DNA of 64,000 nt. It comes from Sphagnum compactum. Lineage: Eukaryota. The DNA lies in NCBI GenBank assembly GCA_965153455.1, contig OZ234493.1:20326213-20390212 (forward strand). The letters run 5' to 3'. Every line of letters begins with the position of its first letter. The first letter of the stretch is position 1. The notes under the pieces were generated by a model that saw nothing but the letters and a program-made list of their open reading frames with translations, was not told where the DNA came from and did no database searches. Made by a program: the position numbers and the translations under genes. Below are positions 13,862 to 26,143 of the stretch, piece after piece.

Positions 13862-15204
13862 TGTTAATGTTGTTTTGTAGTCCCATTTCTTCTAAACCCC
13901 AAATCCCAATCCCCTATAATTTCCCAACTCTATTTAGGAGTTGTGAATGTATTGGAGACTGATACAAAATTTGGTACACGAAGGAATCTAAAGGGATGAT
14001 GTTCCCACATATTTCATATATCTTTTTGTTCCATGAACTCTAACATAATGTTTCCACATAATAGAACAATTTCTTATCCCTATGACCTTCCCATGTGTGT
14101 TGTGGCTAAATCAAGGTGGATATGCAATGTGACTGTAGATTTTGAACTTTGCACTTTTAGTTGAAAAAAAATGCATTAGGATTGGGAGACCAACCAGGAA
14201 ACCTCACGTTGCAACTTGGAATGAGCATGCCACTCAATTGAGATACAATATTGATGAGAGGTTGCAGAACTATCCCACTACTCAAATAAGGTACAATGTT
14301 GATGGTCTCTAATAAACATGAAAAGGTATTTCTATTACTCACACCATCTTTGGGTAAGTTCTTATTTTGGGGTTTGAATGCACGCTTCAAAGTACATATT
14401 TTATTTGTCTATTGGAAAGAAAATTGTAAAAGAGTGCTTGATTGAAAAGGTGCGACCATTTGTACCGAAAGCATAAATCATGTGACTAGAATTGAAGAAA
14501 CTATGTCATTATATTGATCCTTGGAGGTGAATAGCTTCACACTAGAAGGTTTCAATTACATACAAGAAAGTTGTGCAACTTCTTGGTGCAAAGTTGTGCA
14601 TGGGTAACAAATTTAGGTCCAATTATGACTAAAACACATAGGCACAATAGAACTAGTTTCTATATATGAGAAGCTGAATGGGGTGCATTTCTGGATGTTC
14701 ATTAAAAGAAATTCAAGCTTTCTAAAATCTAAGCAGATCCGGAATTTTTCAAATATCATTCGAAATTTAATAGTGACACATAATTTCATCATCTCTCCTG
14801 ATTCTATTTTGACCTTTTATGAAGGGTGGAATCATTATGCAATGAACCTGTGGATTGTTTCAAATATTCAGTTAAAATATAGTTATATCAATCAGAATAG
14901 ATTAGCTTCTATTTATGTTGTGAAGGTCATCCACTACTAAGATGTGGACACGAAGCTGCTGTAGCTAGTCCTCATGGAAATGATCCATGGCCAGGTGCTC
15001 CTTAAGGATATAATCATGTGTAGGCAATCCTCAAGGATATAATAAATGTGCAGGTGGTCCTTGAAGATATATGATGAATTTACAACCAATCTCCATGGAT
15101 ATGATTCATATTTAGGACTGCGAAAATCATCATATTCAGCATACTGATCTTAAGGGCCATGTTGCATACCTTAAAAATGCATGAAGTTGGGCCTAACTGG
15201 TATC

Positions 15205-15299
15205 ATAGCCCTTCTCTAAAAACTTCTCTCAAGTAAATATCGTTTGGTTGTTGAAAAATTACTACTCATAGTCGAAGGAACTGATCATAATAGTCCTCC
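15205..15299 (-). mobile_element. Older Gypsy-type gag remnant, downstream part, split by the LTR element
   Basis: Reads EDYYDQFLRL*VVIFQQPNDIYLREVFREGL and directly continues ...QKKYESM from 21678-21960 once the LTR element and one TSD copy are removed. Confidence 0.75.
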
Positions 15300-15566
15300 T
15301 GTTATGGACCGACTACAAACAAGTGGAGAATTACAAGACAAGACAAGCTTTATTGATCCATCAACTGGTGTTGATCTGCTAAAGGGTTGTTCCCCAGACT
15401 ATCTCCTTTTATAACCCTGAGCCATACTAGTCCCAAAATATCCTAGGCCATGATATTGCCAAAAGTATCCCAAAATATCCTAGGCCATGATATTGCCAAA
15501 AGTATCCCAAAATATCCTAGGACATGACATTGCCAAAAGTATCCCAAAATATCCTAGGCCATGACA
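15300..15566 (-). repeat. 3' LTR (267 bp), containing ~3.7 copies of a 37-bp unit at 15431-15566
   Basis: Direct repeat of 21411-21677. Unit TCCCAAAATATCCTAGGCCATGATATTGCCAAAAGTA. Confidence 0.95.
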
Positions 15567-15580
15567 TTATCCTCTCCTCA
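15567..15580 (-). other. Polypurine tract
   Basis: GAGGAGAGGATAA on the minus strand immediately precedes the 3' LTR. Confidence 0.85.
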
Positions 15581-18500
15581 AGCGACATCTTCTAGATGGA
15601 GCCGGTTTGTTAGGATATCGTTGGTGAAACCGATTAATTAAGTCTTGGGCATGAACTAGGTTTCCAGCAAGCTCCCAAGTAGCTTCAGAAGGAGGATAAC
15701 CTCGCCAAAAGACAAGGTACAGGAGTTTCCACGAATCTTCTTGGAGTCCAAGACCTCCTGAACTTCAAACTCTTCTTGGCCTTCAATTTCGACTGGAGCT
15801 GGGGGTTCTTGATGACGTTCTGGGATCGGGTTTTCATGATAGGGCTCAAGCAGGGAGACATGGAAAACATTGTGGATTTTGAACTGGGGTGGAAGCTCCA
15901 ACTGGCAAGCCACTAGACCAACCAATTTGGCGATTTTGAAAGGTCCGAGGCGCTTGTAATCCAACTTGGCACATGGGCGGGTGGTAGTACTGTTCTTTCT
16001 GAGAAGCCAGACCTTGTCTCCAACCTTGAAGTTTGGATGGTCCTTGCGTCAGCGGTCTGCTTGCTTCTTTTGCCACTCCTGTGTTAGCTTGAGTTCTGCC
16101 ATAAGGTTCTGTTGAACCTGTCCAAGCCTCGTGGCCCTTTCTTCAGCCGAGGGGTTTACGGAGTCTCCAGGAATTTCAAGGCTGAACCTGGGATGAAAAC
16201 CGTAATTGGCAAAGAATGGACTGATCCCAGTCGATGCATGTGTTGTGTTATTGTAAGCAAACTCTACTTGAGATAGTAGGTCCAGCCAGTCGTCCTGTTG
16301 GTAGTTCACAGTGCAGCGAAGGTATTGCTCGAGTGTCTGGTTTGTCCGTTCGGTTTGTCCATCTGTCTCAGGGTGGAAAGCTGAAGATAGCCGAATGTCA
16401 ACTCCAAGAAGCTCGAATAGACGATGCCAGAACTTGGATGCAAACTGAGGACCTCTGTCGGACACAATTTCCTCGGGGAGTCCATGCAGTCGGACGATCC
16501 CGTCCAGAATTAACTGAGCTGTCTCTTCTGCCGTGATTGACTTGGAACAAGGGGTGAAATGGGCCATTTTGGTGAGTCGATCGACCACAACCAGTATTGA
16601 ATTCTTGGTTCTGACAGTAGGGAGGTCCGTGATGAAGTCCATTGCAATAGATCCCCAAGGTCGGCTAGGAATCGACAGAGGCTGTAGGAGTCCAAACGGG
16701 CGATGCCTGGGAGCCTTGGATCGAGCACATGTATCACAAGACTTGACATACTCCCGTAGCATCTTGTTCATTTTGGGCCACCAGTAAGTCCTTGACACTA
16801 GTTCGTGAGTCCGTGCCATTCCAAAGTGACCTGCCAGGGTGTTGTCGTGGCATTCCCTCAGGATTTTTAGGCGTATAGGTCCTTCGGGTACATAAATCAG
16901 GTTATTTCGAAGGAGAAGTCCGTCTTGCTGCTCAAATTGATCCAAGTCATCACGATTTGGGTTCCTTGGTCGTTCCTGGAGTTCCTTCTTGATGTTGGTA
17001 GCCCAGGTGTCTTCCTCAGTTGCTATCTTGATGTCCCTGACAAGGTATGAGTCTGGGAGGGTGCTGATTGTTGCTGCAACTCGAAATTGCTTGGGGTTGA
17101 GTAAAGTCTGGTTCTGCTGGCCGTAGGCCTCATCCCCCGCTCGAAGTTCATATTCTGAACGATGAGATAGCGCGTCAGCTTTCCCTTGCTGGGTGCCAGG
17201 TTGATACTGAATCTCAAAGTCGAAATCAGCTAGGAAGATAGACCAGCGTGCCTGGCGACGATTTAAGGTCCGAGTAGTTGTGAAATAAAGGAGATTCTTG
17301 TGATCTGTCAGAACTTGGACTCGATGTTGAGCTCCTGCAAGATACGGTCTCCACTGCTCGAATGCCGTGATGATTGCCAGGAGTTCCTTATCGTAGACCT
17401 GGTAGTTGATTTCGGCACTGGTTAACTTCCGTGAATAGAAAGCAACTGGATGCAGCAACCCATCTATTCCAAATTGAGATAGAATAGCTCCCAAGGCAAA
17501 ATCTGAAGCGTCCGTTTCCACAATGAATGGCTTGGTAGGATCGGGATGTATCAGGATGGGTGCAGAGGTGAATGCCATCTTGAGAGTATCAAAAGCAACC
17601 TGGGCCGTTGGATTCCACGAGAAGGGCTTGTCTTTGCAAGTCAGGGGTATTAACGGTGTTGTGATCTTGGAATAGCCTTTGATAAACCGACGATAGAAGT
17701 TGGCAAACCCTAGGAAGCGTTGAACGTCCTTGACCGAGGATGGAATAGCCCAACACTGGATGGTCTCGACCTTTGACTTGTCCATGAAAATGCCATCTGG
17801 AGAGATCACGTAGCCGAGGAACGCCACTGAAGATTTGTCGAATTCACATTTTTCCAACTTGGCGTATAAGCCATGCTCCCGCAGCGTCGCAAGCACCAAT
17901 CGTACATGTTTGTCGTGGGTTTCCTGGTCCTTGGAAAAGATTAAAATGTCATCCAAATAGACCACGACAAATTCGTCCATGTAATCCCGGAAAATATCAT
18001 TCATCAGATGCTGAAAGACTGCGAGTGCATTGGTGAGGCCGAAGGGCATGACCGTGTATTCGAAGTGGCCATAGCGTGTGCGGAAAGCTGTCTTCCATTC
18101 ATCACCAGGGCGAATCCTGAGTAAGTTGTAGGCTCCACGGAGGTCAAGCTTGGTGAAGATCTTCCCGGTACGTAGTCGATCTAGGAGACCTGAAATCAAG
18201 GGCAAAGGATATCGATTCTTTTTTGTTATCTTGTTGAGTCCACGATAATCCACACAAAGTCCAAGGGAGCCATCCTTCTTCTTGACAAACAAAATTGGGG
18301 CGCCGGCTGGAGACTTGGAATGCTGAATGAACCCCTTGGCAAGATTTTCAATAAGGTAATCACGCAGGGCTTGGAGTTCCGGTTCCGATAGGCCATAGAT
18401 AGGACCAAAGGGTGGTGAGTGTCCTCCTAGATCAATCGGGCAGTCATATGGACTATGGGCGGGGAGCTGATCAGCATTAATCTTTTCAAAAATATCAACA

Positions 18501-19321
18501 AAGTCCTTGTACTTCTTGGGAAGTTTGACAGGTGTTGGTTCCGATTGGGGGTTTGTGGTGTTGGCTGGGTTGACATGGATGGCGAAGACTTGAAGATTCT
18601 TAGCAGCCCGATAGAAAGGGACAGCTCTATCAACGAAGATCTGGACAGGGTTGGTTTTTTGGGCAGAATTCTTGACAAGATTCTTGACAGGACAAGGTTT
18701 CGTTCTGACCAATCGGGGGTTCTTGACTGCAAGATTTGACATAACAGACTTGATAAAACTGGAATTGGTTCCGACCCTCTTTGGGTTCTCGACCACAGGG
18801 TTCTTGGCAGGACTGGACAAAGTGTTTTTCTGAGCGTGAGGTTCTTGAGAGGTGCATCGTTGTGCGCTGAAGGTGAGGGTTCTAGATCGCCAATCAATGA
18901 TAGGGTTGTGTGCTTCTAGCCAAGGCAGACCAAGGATGATGGGATGGTGAGGGGTGGAAATGATGTTGAGAACAATCTTCTCCATGTGCTTGCCGATACA
19001 GAGTTCTAGAGGGGTTGTCTCGTGTGTGATTGCACCAGAAGCAATGGTTCTCCCATCAATAACCTCTACCGGAACAGGGGTTGACTTCTTGACCACAGGG
19101 ATGTTGTGTTGGACGACAAATGTTTGGTCGATGAAAGAAGAGGTGGCGCCGGAGTCCACCAAAGCTGACACTTATGGTATGTCTTCTGGAATACGAATGA
19201 TGTCCACATACTGAGTGAAACTGGGACTGGGACCAACAGCGGAACAGGAGCCTTTGCAAAGGTGGTGTTGGGTGAGATCCAGTCGCACGGCTCCTACTGT
19301 GACTGGATGTTCTTGTTTTCC
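15567..19321 (-). pseudogene. pol: pol polyprotein (protease, RT, RNase H, integrase, chromodomain) with two in-frame stops and one frameshift
   Basis: Motifs: ALVDSGA (PR), YLDD (RT), ETDASDF and TDHKNL (RH), H..GH..CDTC zinc finger, MDF, SDRG and GQTER (IN), GPF, and chromodomain FEVQEVLDS...LYLVFWRGY...ATWE. Lesions: TAA at 19172-19174, TGA at 16049-16051 and a 1-nt deletion near 15727. Confidence 0.93.
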
Positions 19322-20268
19322 AACTCCTGGGGAGTTTCCACAGCTTGTACCTGAAGTTTGACAAGCTTTTGAGGGCATTGACGAGCTATATGCCCTGAGT
19401 TGCCACAGTAAAGACATAGATTGTTTGTCCTTCGGCGAAGTTTCTCGACTTCTGTCAAAGATTTAAACTTAGCTGTGTCGATCTGCATCGGAGCAGGTCC
19501 AAAAGAGGCAGGTCGGGCAACTGGTGTTGTTTGGGGAACTAAGGGGAGCGTAATAGGCCGACTGTTCCAAAGCTGGGCGTTGGAGGTGACTTTCTTTTCC
19601 TGGCGATGTTCGAACAGACGATTATCGCACCGAATTGCCTGGGTGATGGCTTCACTGAAGGAAGAAGAGTCTGCGAGTGTCAACAAAAGATCTTGAACAT
19701 CATCACGAAGCCCACAGCGAAACTGATCAATCAAGGCAGCTTCTCCCCAATTGACGTCACAGGCAAGCTGCCTGAATTCTGAAGTGTAGACGATGGCCGA
19801 ACGTGTCCCTTGCTGGAGGCGACGCAGCTTGTTGGCTAAAGTCCTGGCCTTATCACTGTCCCCAAATACTGCTTCAAATTCCGCCATAAAGGCGTTGAAA
19901 TCTTGTAGAAGAGGGGATGATGTTTCCAGGATGGGAGCAAACCATGCTGCAGCTGTCCCAGTGAGTAGGGTTCCAACGAATCCTACACGAGTGGTGTCAT
20001 CAAAATAACGACGGGGGTGTAGTTGCATGATCAGGCGTACCTGGCTGACAAAGCCTCGAAATTTGAGGCGCGTTCCATCAAACTTTTCTGGCAGACTGAT
20101 CTTGAGTTCTTGGGCGGCCATTGCAAGAACAGGAAGTACTGGGGCAGGAGGTGGTGGCTGATTCTGTAGGCGGGTCACCGAGTCTCTAAGCACGGCATTT
20201 TCTTGTTGAAGGTGTTGAAGGGCGGCGAGGATTTGAGTGAGATCGATGTTGGATTCTGAGTTGTCCAT
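19294..20268 (-). CDS. gag: Retrotransposon Gag (PEG10/sushi-like) with a CCHC zinc knuckle
   Basis: Open frame with the ATG in ACCACCATGG context. Motifs PEKFDG, LRRLQQG, FRCGL, PMQID and CLYCGNSGHIARQC. Confidence 0.92.
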   Translation of the reverse strand: MDNSESNIDLTQILAALQHLQQENAVLRDSVTRLQNQPPPPAPVLPVLAMAAQELKISLPEKFDGTRLKFRGFVSQVRLIMQLHPRRYFDDTTRVGFVGTLLTGTAAAWFAPILETSSPLLQDFNAFMAEFEAVFGDSDKARTLANKLRRLQQGTRSAIVYTSEFRQLACDVNWGEAALIDQFRCGLRDDVQDLLLTLADSSSFSEAITQAIRCDNRLFEHRQEKKVTSNAQLWNSRPITLPLVPQTTPVARPASFGPAPMQIDTAKFKSLTEVEKLRRRTNNLCLYCGNSGHIARQCPQKLVKLQVQAVETPQELENKNIQSQ

Positions 20269-20306
20269 GGTGGTAGTTCTCACACTTTTGCGCTTTCAAT
20301 CTTCAA

Positions 20307-21268
20307 ACTTGAAACTTCAGATGCTTGGATCTCTCTCAATACAAGTCCAAATGACATGAAATTTCTCTCACACATATATTCCTATATGATCTATAAGATC
20401 ACAAAGTTACAGACCGAAAGAAACTTAAACAAAGGAGATATGACCAAAAAACCAGATCTGCACTTGAAACTTCAGATGCTTGGATCTCTCTCAATACAAG
20501 TCCAAATGACATGAAATTTCTCTCACACACATATTCCTATATGATCTATAAGATCACAAAGTTACAGACCGAAAGAAACTTAAACAAAGGAGATATGACC
20601 AAAAAACCAGATCTGCACTTGAAACTTCAGATGCTTGGATCTCTCTCAATACAAGTCCAAATGACATGAAATTTTTCTCACACATATATTCCTATATGAT
20701 CTATAAGATCACAAAGTTACAGACCCAAAAAAGCTTACACAAAGGAGATATGACCAAAAAACCAGATCTGCACTTGAAACTTCAGATGCTTGGATCTCTC
20801 TCAATACAAGTCCAAATGACATGAAATTTCTCTCACACATATATTCCTATATGATCTATAAGATCACAAAGTTACAGACCCAAAAAAGCTTACACAAAGG
20901 AGATATGACCAAAAAACCAGATCTGCACTTGAAACTTCAGATGCTTGAATCTCTCTCAATACAAGTCCAAATGACATGAAATTTCTCTCACACATATATT
21001 CCTATATGATCTATAAGATCACAAAGTTACAGACCCAAAAAAGCTTACACAAAGGAGATATGACCAAAAAACCAGATCTGCACTTGAAACTTCAGATGCT
21101 TGAATCTCTCTCAATAGAAGTCCAAATGACATGAAATTTTTCTCACACATATATTCCTATATGATCTATAAGATCACAAAGTTACAGTCCCAGAAAAGCT
21201 TACACAAAGGAGATATGACCAAAAAACCAGATCTGCACTTGAAACTTCAGATGCTTGGATCTCTCTCA
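20307..21268. repeat. Tandem array of a 155-bp unit (6 full copies plus a partial) in the retrotransposon 5' leader
   Basis: ACTTGAAACTTCAGATGCTT recurs at 20307, 20462, 20617, 20772, 20927, 21082 and 21237. Confidence 0.97.
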
Positions 21269-21410
21269 AAACATATCCTTTTCTTTTGAAACTTTGAGAG
21301 TAGAAGCGTCCTATAGTCTTCTATAACCTTTCCAAGTTTCACTCCAATATACCTCTAGCTACGTACTGAAACAACAAAACAAACAAACAAGAAGAAGGAG
21401 CAGATCAAAC

Positions 21411-21677
21411 TGTTATGGACCGACTACAAACAAGTGGAGAATTACAAGACAAGACAAGCTTTATTGATCCATCAACTGGTGTTGATCTGCTAAAGGGTTG
21501 TTCCCCAGACTATCTCCTTTTATAACCCTGAGCCATACTAGTCCCAAAATATCCTAGGCCATGATATTGCCAAAAGTATCCCAAAATATCCTAGGCCATG
21601 ATATTGCCAAAAGTATCCCGAAATATCCTAGGACATGACATTGCCAAAAGTATCCCAAAATATCCTAGGCCATGACA
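21411..21677 (-). repeat. 5' LTR (267 bp) with a TATAAAA box on the minus strand
   Basis: Identical to 15300-15566 except one A/G difference at 21620. Confidence 0.95.
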
Positions 21678-21960
21678 CCTCCATCGACTCATACTTCTTT
21701 TGTTTTGCATATTGTGAAACAATAGTTGTTTGCCCTTCACTTTTTATTTCATTAAATCGAGTTATAAAAGCACGTTGAACCTCTGCCCATGTCATTGTTG
21801 GATGAGCAATCTCATATCTTCTGAACCAGTTAACAACTTTTCCCCTCAGGGAATTTGGAAAATATTGTAATTTGTGACAATTTGTATTTTCTCCATTAGT
21901 TACACATACCTCCGTCAATTGTCGAATGTGTAAAGTTGGATCTCCGTTATCATGATATTT
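21678..21960 (-). mobile_element. Older Gypsy-type gag remnant, upstream part
   Basis: DPTLHIRQL...KLQYFPNSLRGKVVNWF...TWAEVQRAFITRF...AKQKKYESM, a retrotransposon gag domain pattern. Confidence 0.75.
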
Positions 21961-23999
21961 AAGTAACTATATTGGTAACTCATTTACGAAGAGTACTGCC
22001 ATGATGGGTGGAACATTCATTATCAATGCAACAATAGTCAATGGTAACTTCAAAGAAATATTAGTCTTGATGCGTTCAGGGCTCTAGAAAAATAATTTGA
22101 ATAATTTTCTTCTAGAAACTTCGTTAGTAGTGTTGCTACTATTTGCTTCTTCTATTGCATCCTCTTTTGACCATTTTCTTGGTATACGTGGCCATCCCTC
22201 TTCCATGACCCAATTGAACATTTCGAAAACATTAAATGTTTCATCCCAATTATGACATGTCATCCCCAATTTGAACATATTTGCTAAATGTGCCAAAATG
22301 GAGATCAAATTATAATTGGCCCGCCCCATTCATTCTCATATCAAGTATGATGGCCAAGGGTCTCTTCCTTTCAACTTGCTTTTTGTTTTCATGCCATGGA
22401 CTCTTCCTCCAACTCCTCTTATAGTTTGAATGTATCTTCAAGTAATGATGATGAGATGTTTGATAACATGGAGAAAGTTGTTATGATATGTTTCTAGTGT
22501 TCAATTGTTGGTGCCAACAATGTTGACATGTTCAATGTGAATGGTTCAACAAAACATTAAAAAATTACTTATGTTATGAAATAAATAAATATAATCAATC
22601 TATCAATTGATTGGAATGTTATGAATGGGAAGAGGGTAGAAGTCAATATATCAATCCAAATGAAGTGTTTATGGTCTGTTGGTTGTAATAGAGAATATTA
22701 TAAGATTATTCAAGACATTTGATGAATTTCACCTTAGACAAAATTGACAAGGTGGATTCATTAGTGGCAACCATGATTAGGGCTCGTACTAAATTAAAAG
22801 GTGAGCATCCCATTTTTTTTTTGGTAGACCATACAAGTTGACCTCTAAATATAAGCACTTGTGAATTTGATTATGTACATGAAGCATGACAATGTGACTG
22901 TGTGTAACATTTTCATGTGAGATTGGTCAAACTTAATTAACAATTTGTGATGCGGAATTTCCCACCTTTTTTATGTTTAAATATGTTGAAAAAAAAATTT
23001 AGTGCATCAAAAGATGCTTAATGTATCAACAAATTTGTCATGCATTAAAAACATGTTGCAAATAACAATAATTATAGTTGAAAAATGACAAGAAATGTAT
23101 ATTAAATATTCATTTATCATATGTAGCCTTTTTTTTTTTCAAATGTTAAATACTAATAATACACTTAATGTATTGCTCACACCATGTGTTAGTAACATGT
23201 TGTTGCTTTTGAATTTAACAACTAACAATTATTTTACCTTATTCATAAACTTGGTAATGTTGTCATCACAAACTTTCTAGGTCATAGTTTGGTAATAATA
23301 ATCATGCCAAATCTATTTTCTCATAGGTTTCTATTGTTTAAACACAAATGTTATGCACACAAGATCTATGTTGAGATAATATGAATAGACATACAACATC
23401 CATGTTTAGATAACATGCACGACATCCATATTTAACCAATTTGAACTTATGAAAAATAGATTTTACTGTACTATTATTGCCAAATCGTAGCCCAAAAATC
23501 TATGATATAATCTTTCATCTATGTTTGATACATTTAGGGCCACTTTAGACAAGGGTCTAGGGACCAAATTTGAAGTAAATTGAACCTTGAATTGGATCCT
23601 TTTTCACATTAAAAAAAACATTTTTCCTTAAGGTACAACAAGTGTATCTAAAGGTGTGGGGTCAAATTCGAAGGTCAAATATCAAAAATATGTGATTGAC
23701 ATGTGAGAAGATTAGGTTAACCTTTGAGGTTTTTTATCTCTTTTTCCTTTCTTTCATGGTTTTTTTTCTAATTTTTGTTTTTCTTTTCTTTTTAACTCTT
23801 ATTACACATAATGGATGAGCGTAGCACAAGATATTAAGGGCTCTTATTTTTACTATGGCCATGGATTGAGTGATTGCACGAGTGGTTGCATTGTCATGAG
23901 TAGCTATTGGACATCATTGGAATATGATGAATGCAATGTTACTTTTCATGGAGTTTGTTGTCATGACATCAAAAGTTCATAACATGTGGAGGTATGAAA

Positions 24000-24952
24000 G
24001 GGTGGTGGGATGCATGAAAAATTAACTTTCAGGGAGCTTTTTTAAAATGATGTTTTAGCAATGAACAAATTAAGCTGTGACACATTTCGTTCATTGATTA
24101 GGGTTGTGGGTCCAAATCTTGAACAAAAAAATACACACATGAGAGAAAACATCCATTTTGAAACTAGAGTAACATGGCTTTTGCACAACTGGGTAGTGGA
24201 AATTCTTTACAAATGTGTGGAAAGGTCTATGGCATTGCAGAAAATACAACATCAATTATAATAAGAGAATTTTGTTCAACAATTAGAAAGCACTTGAAAC
24301 CATTGGTGATTGCTAAATTGACTAGAGACAAGATCAAAGAAATCATTGTTGGTTTCGAAAACTTACATGGAATTCCATACATTCTAGGTGCCATAGATGG
24401 TAATCACATTCGATAATTGTTACACCTAAGGTAAACCCAAAATCATATTGTTGAAATGTGTTTTACTCCACATTGATTTAAGGAATTATAGATGCAAAGT
24501 ATAATTTTTGGGATTATGATTATGGGTGGGCAAGAAGTATCCATGATTAAGCTACTTTCCAAGTAAAAAGCCATGTGATGAAGGACAAATTCTTACCTTA
24601 TAAGTTGATAGGAGATGTTACTTATCCAATACGGTTATGGTTTTATTATCCTTTCAAAGGTGAGAAAGATGGATTGTCAATATACAAATCACATTGGAAT
24701 TTTATGCAATCTAATACAAGGATGTCAATGAAAAGCACTTTTGGAATGTTGAAAGGTAGATTAAAAATTATATTAAAAAGAATAGACATTCCATTATGCC
24801 ACATGCCAGACTTGGTCATGGTTTGCATATGTTTACACAACATGTGCATTATTAATTCATATGGCTTTGACATGGATTGGGCTTTGGAGGTTCAAAGATA
24901 TGCACAAATTGAAATAAATACAACATTTGGGAATTTGAAAGGAGTTGGATGA
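24000..24952 (+). pseudogene. PIF/Harbinger DDE transposase remnant
   Basis: GIPYILGAIDGNHI, GWARSIHD, LIGDVTYP, FGMLKGR and CICLHNMC motifs, broken by stops and frameshifts. Confidence 0.88.
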
Positions 24953-26143
24953 AAGCACATTAAGGTGTAACACTTTTAAGCACATGTGGAATTAACAGTG
25001 CAAAGGTAATGTGAAGGCAGGATAGTTTGAATCACATAAGTCATTTTACAATTTATCATTAAAAATATATTATAAAAAAAATTTCAACCCTAATTTACCT
25101 TATGGGAAAACTTAAATTTGAAAGATGAGCTTCTAAACTATTACTTTCATTAAATAAAGGACTTAGTAAAAAAATCCATAATTCAAAGTACATAGAAAAT
25201 TTTGATCATCAAAATCCTTCCAAAAAAACCTCCTTAGTATCAATGTTATCACATCATATTACCATTGAATCTTTTATTCATTAAAAGAAAATATATGAAG
25301 GTGCATGGAGTCCATACTCATTGATTATGGACTATCACAAGTTTTTAAGTATTCTTTTGAAAGTCCATTATGTGATGGTTATTCCAAAACTATCTATGAA
25401 ATTCATATAATGTGATTATACTACATATAACATTATAATGTTAAATCATTTTTCATTTTAATTGATTGTATTTACTCACATGGCCAATTACAAATTCCAA
25501 AATCTTGTAAGAATTGCCTTGTGACAACATTTTATGAATAGTGTAATGTGCTTTCACCCAACTAATATGTTTAAGGTGGCTGAAAAATAATCAAACAAAT
25601 GAAAAGGTTACAAAATCCAAGGATGGTGGATGGAGATGATAGAAATGACATGGAGGACATGGAAGACATGGAACATTAAGGTGAAGATGAAAATCATGTG
25701 TGACAAACATGGAAAAAAATCCTAGCAAAAAAACAAGAGAAGAAAAATTCAAGAAGTCATTGATAAAAGCTATGGCAATTCATGAGGCTTTAGCAAAAGA
25801 CTTCTTTGAATCCAATTTGAAAAAAAAAACAACATTGCCTTCTTAAATACATATGATTTTGGGTAGAATGTGATGAATGTTTCATAGGTTCACATCTTAT
25901 GTAACTTAAAATTTATCTATGAGACGTTCAATTTGGGCATCCATGTTTATGAATAAAACATTGGTTGCAACAAATTATTATAGCACATGGTTGTATTATT
26001 TTTAGCCATGGTTGAAAAATGTTCATACATATTAAGTTTTTGTTTTTTGTTATTTTTTAGACCTCATCCAAGGTGAAAGGTTTCTCCATTGCTTCCTTAC
26101 TACTTTCATCTTTTGAAGCACTATCAAAATCTACTTGGAATTC

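Larger units (their letters stand above)
15300..21677 (-). mobile_element. Full-length Ty3/Gypsy chromovirus LTR retrotransposon (Tf1/sushi/Tcn1-like), recently inserted and coding-defective
   Basis: Two 267-bp TG...CA LTRs differ at one base. A 5-bp TSD CCTCC lies at 15295-15299 and 21678-21682. A PPT is present and the domain order is gag-PR-RT-RH-IN-chromodomain. Confidence 0.97.

Noticed and set aside
16234-20008. Many overlapping short ORFs on both strands
   Set aside because: They are alternative-frame or antisense by-products of the GC-rich gag/pol sequence.
20307-21268. 155-bp array as a CRISPR or RNA gene cluster
   Set aside because: The units are contiguous, near-identical copies with no spacers and no tRNA or 5S features.
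22420-22960. Possible second, very degenerate Harbinger transposase N-terminal fragment (GRPYKLT, YMKHDNV)
   Set aside because: Too decayed, with no catalytic motifs or TIRs seen.
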